This document shows positions 1 to 11,200 of a DNA stretch of 64,000 nt, piece after piece. Origin of the DNA: Antedon mediterranea (Eukaryota; Animalia; Echinodermata); contig NC_092676.1 in assembly GCF_964355755.1 (NCBI RefSeq), positions 30,088,871 through 30,152,870 of the forward strand. Direction: 5' to 3'. The notes beneath the pieces were generated by a model, which was not told the origin of the DNA, ran no database searches, and saw nothing but the letters and a program-made list of their open reading frames with translations. How positions within the stretch are numbered: position 1 is the first letter of the stretch; each line of letters begins with the position of its first letter. Made by a program: the position numbers and the translations under genes.

Positions 1-89
1 ATTTTTTAATTTAAGCAATCTTAACACAATATAACAGAAGAACACATAGTTTATTACAATTTACATTGACATGTTCTCGTTTTTTTCAG

Positions 90-3000
90 TTGTGAATATC
101 AGAAAGATGTCATCGTCCTCATCATACGATGTTGAATTAGACTTAGACAGAGTGAATGAAGGGGAAGGATGTAGTGTTTCGATGTCTATTTCACTATCAC
201 TGATTCCGGGTTAGTACAGCTTAGGGTATACCTTAACAATTAAGCACGTGCTTTAATGCGCTTTGAGCACTCTTGAGTGGTATGTACGGTATAAAAATCC
301 TGTTATTATTTTTATTATTAACTGTATCTATTTTACCAATCTAAAATGAAGAAATCACTCTTTAATATTCTTTAGATGACTTTTTAATTCTCGTCATTTT
401 CTATCAAAACCGGCCATTGTTTTATGGGACAACTGACTTAGAGTAAGTAATAACTTAAAATGAACTTGTAAAAAGTAGTATTGGACTACACACTAATACC
501 TGCCTATCATACTGTATGTTCCTCGCTTATTCTTGGCTCTATCTATTTTACACTATCAAACTTTCTATGAAAAAATGTATATCCATATATGGACATGATG
601 CTGTATTTGAGCATATCACCACCATAATTTGAGCACATCACACTTTTTTTTGTCAAACTTGATAGTATAGACAAAGTTTACACATGATACTTTAAAAATG
701 TTTTGTTCAAGGTTTGTGAGTAAAGAAAAGTTCATTGGTTCAGGAGTAGTTACCATCAGCTTGTTCAATTCATTACTAAACAAGATACCGCTCCCTGTTA
801 ATATTACCATGAGACATCTAAAGGTATTTTTCTTTTAAAGGAAATATTCTCTAAAGCTCTGTCTACACTATCATCTGTATGTGGCAAAAAATGTGATCTG
901 CCCATATATTGATATGATGATGTCATATCACTACCATATTTGGGCATATCACTACCATATTTGGGCACATCACACTTTTTGTCAAACTAGGTTGATAGTG
1001 TAGACAGAGCTTTATGTATTGTTTTCAATTGTGTTTTTAATCACATTATTTTAAGTTTAAGTCATAACAACTATAAATGTATTGGATATGTTTTGCAGAA
1101 TGTAACTGAACGAATATTAGCAGATGACTTAATAACGGAATGCGTTTTTTGGAATGTTACATACAAGTAAGTGTATTGTTAGTTAGCCAAGTAAAGTGAC
1201 TTTACATAACTTGACATGACGTGACTTAACTAGACGTGACGTGGCTTGACTAGACGTCCGACTTGACGTGACTTGACTTGAAGTGACTTGACTTGAAGTG
1301 ACTTGACTTGAAGTGACTTGACTTGAGTAGACGTGGGAATTGACACGACATGACTAGACGTGACTTAACTTGATTGACTTGACGTGACTTGACTAGACGT
1401 TCGAAGTGACGTGACTAGACGTGGCTTGACGTAGAACTTGACTAGACGTGATTTTTGACTATAGACTTGACGTGAGACGTGTGACTTGACTAGTAAACAA
1501 CAGTTTACTAATAATATACGATAATGTGGTCCCATAATACAAACATTAATGTACTCACTGTATGTGTATTATTCTGTCATAGAGAGTGGTTTGATAATGA
1601 TTGTAAACATTAATGTACTCCCTGTATGTGTATTATTCTGTCATAGAAAGTGGTTTGATAATGATTGTAAACATTAATGTACTCCCTGTATGTGTATTAT
1701 TCTGTCATAGAAAGTGGTTTGATAATGATTGTAAACATTAATGTACTCCCTGTATGTGTATTATTCTGTCATAGAAAGTGGTTTGATAATGATTGTAAAC
1801 ATTAATGTACACCCTGTATGTGTATTATTCTGTCATAGAGAGTGGTTTGATAATGATTGTATGACTTTCCACGAATCACAAAAGTCGACCACCTGTATTT
1901 GTGATCACACAACAAGTTATGCAATACTAGTCGGAAGTGACGTAGACTCTGGCGCTCAAGAGGCACTGTCAATGATAACCACAATCCTGTGCGTTTCGTC
2001 TGTCTGTTGCTTGTGTTTAACCTTATTGGTCTACATGTCTTTTGAGTAAGTAAAAAATAACAGAAATAACAGTCATATATATTATAGGCATCTATATAGG
2101 GCCTATAAATTTACGTAAGGGTAAGATTCGGTAAATCGCTCGTTGAAAACAAGGCTGGGGCATAATAAATGGTAAATAAAACCTATCGATCCCCTATCAC
2201 ATTGTCCAAAAAATGTGAAAATTCCCTTGATTCTCAACCACAGCCCCCACTCACCTTCACGCGACGCCCTCATTAGTACAAGTACAATCCATTTTACTTT
2301 TACTTAGAGAATTAAGGCACTCGGAGCGAAATAACATTCACAAGAACTTGGTATTCTCGCTGCTATTGGCTCAACTATTTTTCTTGGTTAGTGTGGATAA
2401 CGTTAAAGAAAAGGTAATTTAGCAATATGATTTTCAAGTTGTAACCATGGGCAGTAATTGGGTAAAGAAAAACGCGCGAGATTGAAGTTGGTTCCCACAC
2501 TAGAGATACAACGCAAGGACGTACGCGCAGCGCAACGCAAGCGAGTTCAATATCAGTGACAAGCCACTGTCGAATAATCCATCCCTTGTGATTGTTCAAA
2601 TCACTTGCGTTACGTTGTTGCGTTGCTAGTAGGGACCAAGCTTAAAAGGCTACGTGAAGTTTTACGTGCCATTTGGATCACACAAAATGTCTATTGTCTT
2701 GTGATTGGTTTACTTGTGTTGCGCGTATTATCTAAATAGTAGAGTGAAGACCAATCAGACAATATGCCTAAATATAAATCATAGAAATACTTTTTTTACA
2801 GATACTATGCACAGCAATCGCCATTATTCTTCATTATCTATACTTAAGTGTGTTTACATGGATGACAATCGAAGGTGTAAATCTTTACCTTAAAATCGTC
2901 CGCGTCTTCAATTCAGATATACTGAGCATGCGTGCGTATATGATAATAGGGTGGGGTTTACCAGTGGTTATTGTTGGTGTCTCTGTCGCAGTCTGCATTG

Positions 3001-4437
3001 ATGGTTATGGGATGGTAACCAACAACACGGACAAACCTTACATGTAAGTAAACAGGTGACATGCAACTAATCCTCGAAAGTAAGGTCCACGATACAGTTA
3101 ATTAATTTCATTTTAACGTCATGTAGTTTTATTATCATTACTATGTAACTAAGTTCAGCACAATTTTGATTGTATTTTTTTTTCCTTTTATTGAAGATGC
3201 TGGATAGATATAACCAGTCCCCTTCTGTATGCATTTATTGGTCCAATACTTGTTACCATTTTGGTATGTTTTTAATGTTCAATTTTTCTAAAATAAAAAA
3301 ATTAATAAACCGTGTATCTGATATAAAACTCTATCTACACTATTAAACTTTATGTGACAAAAAAAGTTGATGTGGCCATATATGGACATGATGATGTCAT
3401 ATCACTACAATATTTAAGAATATCACTACCATATATGGGCACATCACACATTGTTAATATTCACTCATTTTATTTTGAAGGTAAATTCATTTGTGTCCGT
3501 AATCGTCGGTAGAATAATTTTCAAAAAAAGTGACAGCAACGACAGATGGAAAGATGCCAGGTTTGTTGACTATAAAACAAAGCGAAGAAAGCTCTGTCCA
3601 CACTATCAAACTAGTTTGACAAAAAGGAAGTGATGATGTGTCCAAATATGGTAGTGATATGACGTCATCGTGTCCATATATAGGCACATCATCACTGCAA
3701 AGTGCCTCCCTTGAGAACACGACTGTTTGGCAATAATATTGATTGTTGTATGTTTAACTTATAATTTAGGTCAACTTTGAAAGGTGTGGTGACTTTGCTA
3801 CCACTTTTAGGCTTGCCGTGGATACTTTGCCTGTTTGCCAAGAACTCAAGTATAGCTTTAGCAACCATTTTTACCGTGTGTAACGCACCGCAGGGAGTTT
3901 TTCTTTTCTGTACTCATTGCTTGTTCAGCAAAGAGGTTTGTATCACTTGCATATGTGTAAATTACGGGGCGCCGTTCAGGACATTGCTAATTTTGTCGAT
4001 AAAATACAATTGTGTGCCCGTTGTAAATCACTCGACTATTATGTCGGCCAATAATCATTTTATTTATGTGTATACATTAGTATCAATCAAGCCTAACGGA
4101 TTACACGCGCCGCCATCACAGGACAGTACGCGCAACGCCAGTACTTTGACCAGTCATAAGAATTTATATATTAAACAGTAAAAAAGAAGTGAATTGTATT
4201 ACAGGTTCGAACTGTGATGACGTCACGCTGGTTGCGACGAAAAGCTCAGTCCAGTATCGGCCCACAAACATTGACAGTAAGACAACCTTCTGCTTAGTAT
4301 TTCAATCTTCTGATAGTATTTTGTGTATGGGACGATTATGCTTAATCACGTAGTAATTAAAACGGTAATATTTCTTATTTCAGAAAACATCAACCACGGT
4401 GACAACCAATGCTTTGCCTTGGGTTGAGAGCAACTAA
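90..4437 (+). CDS. Adhesion GPCR, copy 1 (5'-partial; GAIN/GPS + secretin-like 7TM). Exons ~90-209, 376-442, 712-823, 1099-1166, 1839-2045, 2308-2413, 2802-3043, 3197-3263, 3481-3560, 3770-3935, 4205-4276, 4384-4437(stop)
   Basis: GT-AG exons with consistent phases translate to the GPS motif CVFWN...W...C...TTCICDHTTSYAILV, then IHKNL (TM2), LHYLYLSVFTWMTIEG (TM3), IGWGLP (TM4), CW...FIGP (ECL2/TM5), LLPLLGLPW (TM6) and NAPQGVFLF (TM7), ending VESN*. The N-terminal exons lie upstream of the window. Confidence 0.92.
854..1013. mobile_element. MITE family A (~160-170 bp, TIR AGCTCTGTCTACACTATC, TAA/TTA-like flanks; PIF/Harbinger-like), representative copy
   Basis: Terminal inverted repeats aagctctgtctacactatc...gatagtgtagacagagctt. 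Related full or partial copies at ~535-680, 3328-3450, 3588-3700, 15605-15758, 16205-17021 (interrupted), 22033-22150, 23005-23115, 25500-25628, 34303-34385, 36005-36146, 38660-38822, 51373-51535, 56602-56865 and 62269-62400. Confidence 0.85.
1190..1495. repeat. Degenerate pentanucleotide microsatellite (GACTT/GACGT/GACTA)n in the intron splitting the GPS motif; paralogous tract at ~23515-23720
   Basis: Direct reading: gacgtgacttgacttgaagtgacttg... Confidence 0.9.
1541..1860 (+). repeat. 5 x 64-bp tandem repeat, each unit containing the 3' splice site and first 22 nt of the GPS exon
   Basis: Unit aaacattaatgtactccctgtatgtgtattattctgtcatAG|aaagtggtttgataatgattgt starts at 1541, 1605, 1669, 1733 and 1797. 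Confidence 0.95.
2485..2644. mobile_element. MITE family B (~160-180 bp, TIR GCTTGGTTCCCACTAG; PIF/Harbinger-like), representative copy
   Basis: TIR plus internal inverted acgcaacgcaag / cttgcgttgcgt motifs. Other full or partial copies at ~15803-15952, 17571-18035 (cluster of about 3), 19006-19110, 19590-19760, 24610-24720, 25628-25775 and 60650-60950. Confidence 0.85.
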
Positions 4438-4539
4438 TAGCTATGTACTTGAATCAAATTAGCTTGCTTCTTGCTGAATCAATGCAAATGTGAACAATAG
4501 CCTACATTAAGCAACTGTTATTTTGACTCTGGAAGTTTC

Positions 4540-5115
4540 AAGTTTTATTGTTTCACACAATACAAAATACAATATAATAATACAGACCATAAATTAATAA
4601 ATACAATTGTGTGAGGAGGACGCATTAAGCCAAGGCTTTAAGTTTGGTCCTCCAGATAAATAAATATATATTTAATTATTTAATTTAAATGACAAAAAAA
4701 AAATCTTCTTTCTTTCGTCAAATAAAATTAAACAAAAAGGCACAAAAAAGGAAAAAAAAGAACAGTCTAAAGGCAATTGTGAATTACTAATGTTCTAAAT
4801 AGTTTGAAATAAGTATTTGTTTGTATTTTGTCTTAAATGATGGGTATTGCTTTTAGATTGAGCGGTAAGTTATTCCATGTAAAAGGTCCATTGTAAATCA
4901 AAGATGTTCTTTTAAGTAATATGGTATGCTTTTCGTATATTAGTTTTTTTTGCAGTTGAAGATCTGGTGTTGTAAGAATGATTATAATTTTGAAAATAGG
5001 AGTAAAATTGAGTTTGTAATTTATTATGATTTAGTCGGAACATGAATAAAGCTGTTTGGAGTTTATCAAATAAAGTATTGAGAGATTAAAAAAGTGGTTT
5101 AGTGTGAGATTTTGG
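4540..5115 (-). mobile_element. 3' fragment of a CR1/L2-type LINE
   Basis: The minus strand encodes ...YNGPFTWNNLP, the typical CR1/L2 ORF2 C-terminus. It is followed by a stem-loop (gaggac...gtcctc) and an AATAAA-type tail near 4545-4655. Confidence 0.6.
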
Positions 5116-5124
5116 AGCTGCTCC

Positions 5125-5350
5125 CGAACACACTGCCCATCTCAATTCGCCAATGTACTAACTTGGAATCGTTTAAAAAAAATATTAAAAACTCATCTTT
5201 TTGCCCAGGCTTTATACATAGTCATAATTCTTTCCATTTTAAATTCACAATTTTATTGTGTATTTAATCTAAAGTGATTGCATACTATAAGCATTCAAAG
5301 GCGCCTTGAGCACATTTGGTGGCAAAGTGTGCTCTAGAAATCTGTATTGG
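5125..5350 (+). mobile_element. 3' end of an L2-type LINE/SINE
   Basis: N-T-L-P...FKK..KTHLF-like ORF2 end, followed by the L2-type tail aggcgccttgagcac...gctctagaaat. A similar tail lies at ~255-320. Confidence 0.55.
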
Positions 5351-5394
5351 TAATAGCTAGCTTATGTTAAAAAAACAATCTAGCTCACCACAGA

Positions 5395-6042
5395 GACTGG
5401 ACGGGACAGCAGCACTGGACGAGACAGCAGTACTGGACGGGACAGCAGCACTGGACGGAGCAGCAGCACTGGACGGGACAGCAGCACTGGGCGGGACAGC
5501 AGCACTGGACGGAGCAGCAGCACTGGACGGGACAGCAGTACTGGACGGGACAGCAGCACTGGACGGGACAGCAGCACTGGACGGAGCAGCAGCACTGGAC
5601 GGGACAGCAGCACTGGACGGGACAGCAGCACTGGACGGAGCAGCAGCACTGGACGGGGCAGCAGCACTGGACGGGACAGCAGCACTGGACGGGACAGCAG
5701 CACTGGACGGAGAAGCAACACTGGACGGGACAGCAGCACTGGACGGAGCAGCAGCACTGGACGGGACAGCAGCACTGGACGGGACAGCAGCACAGGACGG
5801 GACAGCATCAATGGACGGAGCAGCAGCACTGGACGGGAGAGCAGCACTGGACGGAGCAGCAGCACTGGACGGGACAGCAGCACTGGACGGAGCAGCAGCA
5901 ATAGACGGAGCAGCAGCACTGGACGGGACAGCAGCACTGGACGGAGCAGCAGCACTGGACGGAGCAGCAGCACTGGACGGAGCAGCAGCACTGGACGGGA
6001 CAGCAGCACTGGACGGGACAGCAGCAGCACTGGACGGAGCAG
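5395..6042. repeat. 18-bp GC-rich minisatellite (GACGGGACAGCAGCACTG / GACGGAGCAGCAGCACTG), about 36 copies
   Basis: Direct reading. It explains the spurious ORFs 5364..6071, 5380..6048 and 5808..6050. Confidence 0.95.
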
Positions 6043-6129
6043 TGCCACAATATGGATATCCGCTTTATTAATATAACTTCATATCGATGAAACTTTATAA
6101 TAATGCTCTCAGACTAAAACAAGCTAAAC

Positions 6130-6503
6130 TGTAAACGCTAAATATAATTGGTCATACCTAATATCAAACGTTAACATATGTCCCACTCTTAGCCAAACAC
6201 GTGGTCACTCAAAGCTGTTAAGTATGTAAGCCTACTTAGTATTATCTATCGTCTGTGCTATGCTGCTATCCATACATTTATTTATTAACTTTTTAAATCA
6301 TGTTGTATACATCATAATTAGTAGTCTGATCTCATAGACGTATTATATTACAACTAGAGGCATTTATAACAAAATAAATGGAGAACGACTTAACTTTATA
6401 AAAGTTAGCAAAGTTTTTGTTTAGAAAATGACTTTATAGAGGGCGCTTTAACAAACTTTGTCGATCGTGTGTGATCTTCCCCTGTTGTGCTGCTGAAAAA
6501 GTA
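6130..6503 (+). repeat. Paralogous 3' flank of the GPCR tandem duplication, homologous to ~26790-28112 (minus the foldback insertion) and ending in a copy of the Sfi1-like gene's upstream region
   Basis: Colinear near-identity, e.g. gtagtctgatctcatagacgtatt...tagagggcgct...gatcgtgtgtgatcttc...tgctgctgaaaaa at both loci. Homology stops at about 6503/28112. Confidence 0.9.
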
Positions 6504-6929
6504 TAGCCTGGGTGCATAACAGTTAATATACACATTTGCGGGAAAAAAGTATAGGACAATTTTTTTGTTTTGTTTTTCTGATAAAGTATACCAAATAAAA
6601 TGTCAGAAAAAAATTCCCATCCCAGGACTTTAAAATGTTGACCTATATAACACACACAAATACCTATAACACTCACAAATACTATTATAGAGGATAGGGA
6701 AAACCAATTAACGGTTTTTTTTACTTGCAGTTGTGTTTTAATGATTAAAATTAGCAAAGGCTTACTTTACTAACCTTCCTACTTTTCAATAGATCTAGTT
6801 AATAGTTGCTTGAGTATTGGAGTCAGGAAATTACAATACAAGGCTATCACATGATAGATAATTTGACATAAACGATGATATAAAACTTTTATCTCAAAAC
6901 ATGCAAAAGCAGAGAAATTTCAGGGTTAG

Positions 6930-7820
6930 TTTACCTCCGCCAAGGAGGTACTGTATATGTAATCGGTAGCGTGTGTTTGTTTGTTTGTTAGCATGATTAC
7001 TCAAAAAGTAGTTACAAGATCTTTATCAAAATGAATATACAGATAGATATGTGGTCAAGGACCATTCCATTAATTTTGGGACCATTTGGGACCATGGTCC
7101 CAATTCTGGACCCCTTTTTGGTTACTTTTCAGACCTGCTAGTGTAAAAGATAGGACAGAATTTTTCGAAAAGCCGGCGAGCAGTCTTAAAGTAACAAGTA
7201 AACTGAAATTGGATTTTCTCGAGAACTACAACTTGTCCAAAAAACTTCATTTTTGTACAAGAGGCATGAGTTATAATTTGTGATTTTTAATTTTGAAACA
7301 TAATTTGATTTAATGTGCACGTTTTTTTATGCGAGTAGTTTAAAAAAACCTATTTCTTTTCAAATTCACTCGTTTGATTTTCGCGTTGCTGTTCTATTGT
7401 TAGTCAACTGAAGCTATTGTTAATTGAAAGGCTTGTTACATAACCATTACACCAAACTCGCATACACATACTTGTATAGTGAAATTAGCGTGAATCACAA
7501 ACAGCATTAAGACACACACAAATATATATATATATATCCAATCGAGTTTTAACAATACCATGAAAGCCCCAGTGGTCTAATGGTTAGGACATCTGCATAT
7601 CAAGCAGGCGGTGGTCCGAGTTCGAGTCTCGGTTGGGGCGACTTTTTCTCATTCTCACAGATTTCCTCATCTTTATCGTTTCAAATTAATTAATTACATT
7701 TCAGTATATCACCGGGCGGCTTAGAATTAATGTTCATTGCCTGATGTGTTTATATATATTTCTTCACGGGAGAATTTTACAGTAGGCGGAGGTATGCACT
7801 CTTGGAGTGGCTTTCTAGTT
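6930..7820 (+). mobile_element. Non-autonomous Helentron-type element (HINE), copy 1
   Basis: 5' tttACCTCCGCCaaggaggt; 3' subterminal inverted GGCGGAGGT, short hairpin cactc-ttg-gagtg and CTAGtt end in a T-run. Near-identical copy at 16331-17004 and a 3' partial copy at 24176-24436. Confidence 0.75.
7566..7640 (+). tRNA. tRNA-like gene (anticodon ATC) inside a nested element; probably a TE-associated pseudo-tRNA
   Basis: Cloverleaf: acceptor GCCCCAG/TTGGGGC, D arm GTCT/GGAC, anticodon stem TCTGC/GCAGG with loop ATATCAA, T arm CCGAG-TTCGAGT-CTCGG. Followed immediately by TTTTT. Confidence 0.6.
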
Positions 7821-8264
7821 TAATATGTAATTTGAGATGTTGTTTGATATATGTTTGTAATTACTGATTACTGTTTGTTAATAGGCCTAATTGGAAATAA
7901 AGAACGTACTGCTTCAAAAGATGACGATGTTTTGTGTTTTGAAGTAGGCCAAACTGCCATTATAGAAATTCATTAGTTTATAATAAATTTTCATTTATTG
8001 TACATAATAGGCCTATATGAACAATGCTCAATAAATGTATTTATTTAATATTTGTTTTGTCAATGTTATACAACTAAACAAAGGTAGCCGCATAAGTATT
8101 GTCAGACAGTTAAATATTCGTTATATTGGAATCGATCGAATTGAAAGTAATTATAAGCGCACACACAGAGTTAAATGTTATTTAAGTTCGTCGGTGTTGA
8201 ATAGCCTCATTATAGAATGTACATGTTCGCTAGATGACAGTAATATTGTTACTGTAAGACGAGG

Positions 8265-11200
8265 ATGTTTTTATTTATGAGGTTGATGTGTTGTTTTTAT
8301 TTTTTTAAACAAAGTACAGCAGGTGAGGCGCTTAATGCATTTGTTTTATGTTAGTATTTGATTACCATAAGAGCATCCAATCAAAAATACATTAAAATAC
8401 ATAAACAACGAAAAAAATGGGATTTAAAAATGTATAAAACCAAAGTGAATGAATGCAAGGACGACCCATAAAATCGACAAGTGAGGGTCCATTGCAAGAA
8501 GAAAACATAGAGATGTGAAAGTGAACAAGGATCATAAGAAGGACATATGGAAGTGTGAAGGACATAATTAAAATATTACATTTAAAATGTAAATAAAGGA
8601 AATATAAAAAAGTACAAATTATATTTCGATTCAAATGATTATTTTTCTTTTCAGTTTTGGCAGATTCTTACAGATTGAAAGATGGTGGTAGTTGGTTGCA
8701 AGGAAGACTAGAAGTGGAACATTCTTCGGAGTGGGGCACAGTATGTGAAGATTTATTTGACTTGAATGCCGCGCATGTTGCTTGTAATTCTACAACAGGT
8801 GGTAAAGCATCAAGTTTTAACACATGTGGTGGTGGCAGTGGTCGTATTTGGCTTAGCCAGTTACAGTGTAACGGTGATGAAGCAAGTCTGGAAGAATGTA
8901 GTCACAATGGGTGGGGGAACGAACCGCACGGATGTAATCATTCGCAAGACATATGTATTGTTTGCGGTAAGTAAATGGAAATTAGACCTTATATCTTTAG
9001 TTTTGTAAGATCATGTGCGTATCCAGTCGATAGATAGACAGTAAAAACAGTTTCCCACGGCTGAAATTGTACCTAGGTTGTATTGTCTTCCAAAGATACA
9101 TAAACCAAATTGGCCATTAAGACCTATAGTAGATAACATCAACACCGTTTTTTACACCGTTGCACAATTCCTCACCAAAATCCTGGGTCCGCTTGTCGGA
9201 AACACAGAACATCATGTAACTTACTCAGGAGAGTTGGCGAGTGAACTAAAAGAAATAATAGTCAAACCAAGTGAAACATTTGTCTCGTTTGACGTAGTAT
9301 CTCTGTTTACAAAAACACCAGTAGAAGAGGCCCTCAAAGTTGTCGAAAATCGCCTAACAACAGATCCGACACTTCTGGATAGAACTAAACTACATGTGAC
9401 AGACATAATGGAGCTCCTCGGTTTAATTGTGAACAAAACCTATTTCTCGTTCAATGGTAACATTTATAGGCAAATACAAGGCATTGCTATGGGAAGCCCA
9501 ATAAGTCCTATATTGGCGAACTTGTATCTAGAGTGGCTCGAACATCAAGCCATAAACACGGCACCCACTAACATCAAGCCTGTGTATTGGAAACGATACG
9601 TTGATGATGTATTAGCTATCATCCCCATAGGTACAGTACATACATTTAACACACATCTTAATAACATCGATATAACTGACAATATCAAGTTCACCACAGA
9701 ATCGATGACAAACAACACAATACCTTTCCTGGACATGCTCATCACACTCAATGACAATGGAACAGTTACCACCTCAGTCTATCGGAAGCCCACTCACACA
9801 GACCAATATTTACATTTCAACTCACATCATCCACTCGAACACAAACTGGGGCTTATAAACACGCTTGTGGACAGAGCTGAGAAGGTAGTGGGAGATATGG
9901 ATTTGAGGAAAGTTGAGATGGATAACATCAAGAAAGCGTTACACAACTGCCAGTATCCAGAGTGGTCCTTCCAGAGAGTTATGGAAAACCGAAAAAGGAA
10001 AAAGAACAAAGGACACGAACCACAGAAGGAAAAGATCAAGATGCGAGGTAGCATAGGAATCCCCTATGTAAAAGGAATGGCAGAAAGAATACGACGCACT
10101 CTCTCCTATCACAATGTCGGAACCTATTTCCTACCCCAAAATAAAATCAAGAATAGCCTCGTCCACCCAAAAGATAAAATCGAGAAGATGGATACATGTG
10201 GAGTAATCTACGAAGTCACCTGCCGCAACTGTCCACAAGTTTATATTGGGGAAACAGGGAGGGCATTACAAACACGAATTAATGATCACAAAAAAGATGT
10301 TACAACAAACACGGGGGGAGTAATGACTAGGGCCTCCAGAACATCCACATCTTCGATCATACACAAATCTGCCATTACAGAACATGTCATAAAACACAAT
10401 CATGTACCGAACTGGGAGGCTACCATCTTAACCAAAGAGCCTAAACGCAAAGACAGACAGATTAGAGAATCATTACATATAAGGAGAAATAAAGAGAAGA
10501 CCATGAACCGGGACACTGGAGCCCACGAACTCTCGCATTTGTACAATGATTTGATAGACACATCACCTGGCCGAGCCCCGCACAACCTCCAACCTACAAC
10601 CGGAGGCGTACAACGTCATCAACAGATGACGTCAAGAATGACCAAGCTGCATTAACACTCCGCAGTCAGTTGAGAAGGATCTCTGATAGAGATCGAAACG
10701 TTCGAGTAAGTACTCCGTTAACTTGTGCTTTTACAAAAACGAAATTTGTCATCTAAGTAAAAACATATATGCTAAACCTGTCGGCTTACCATACGTCACC
10801 ATTAACATGGTGCTTACCATACGTCACCATTAACATGGTGCTTACCATACGTCACCATTAACATGGCGCTTACCATACGTCACCATTAACATGGTGCTTA
10901 CCATACGTCACCATTAACATGGTGCTTACCATACGTCACCATTAACATGGTGCTTACCATACGTCACCATTAACATGGTGCTTACCATACGTCACCATTA
11001 ACATGGTGCTTACCATACGTCACCATTAACATGGTGCTTACCATACGTCACCATTAACATGGTGCTTACCATACGTCACCATTAACATGGTGCTTACCAT
11101 ACGTCACCATTAACATGGTTGAAAGACATAAAATATAATATAATGCAATAAAGAAATATCAACAGATAGAAAATATAAAAGATTACCTAGAAAATACAAA

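Noticed and set aside
5364-6071. ORFs 5364..6071, 5380..6048 and 5808..6050 as genes (antifreeze-like or Cys-rich proteins)
   Set aside because: They are by-products of an 18-bp minisatellite whose period is a multiple of 3. No splice context and no paralogous counterpart.
7086-7283. Similar ORFs at 7086 and 16429 as a small duplicated gene
   Set aside because: Both lie inside copies of the non-autonomous Helentron-like element and the frames are not conserved end to end.
9221-10585. Minus-strand ORFs 9221..9436, 9545..9772, 9827..10054 and 10400..10585
   Set aside because: Antisense shadows of the Penelope ORF.
10785-11119. 28-bp array (also the 33-bp array at 17061 and the 41-bp array at 61825) as a CRISPR array
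   Set aside because: Units are head-to-tail with no unique spacers, there are no cas genes, and the context is eukaryotic.
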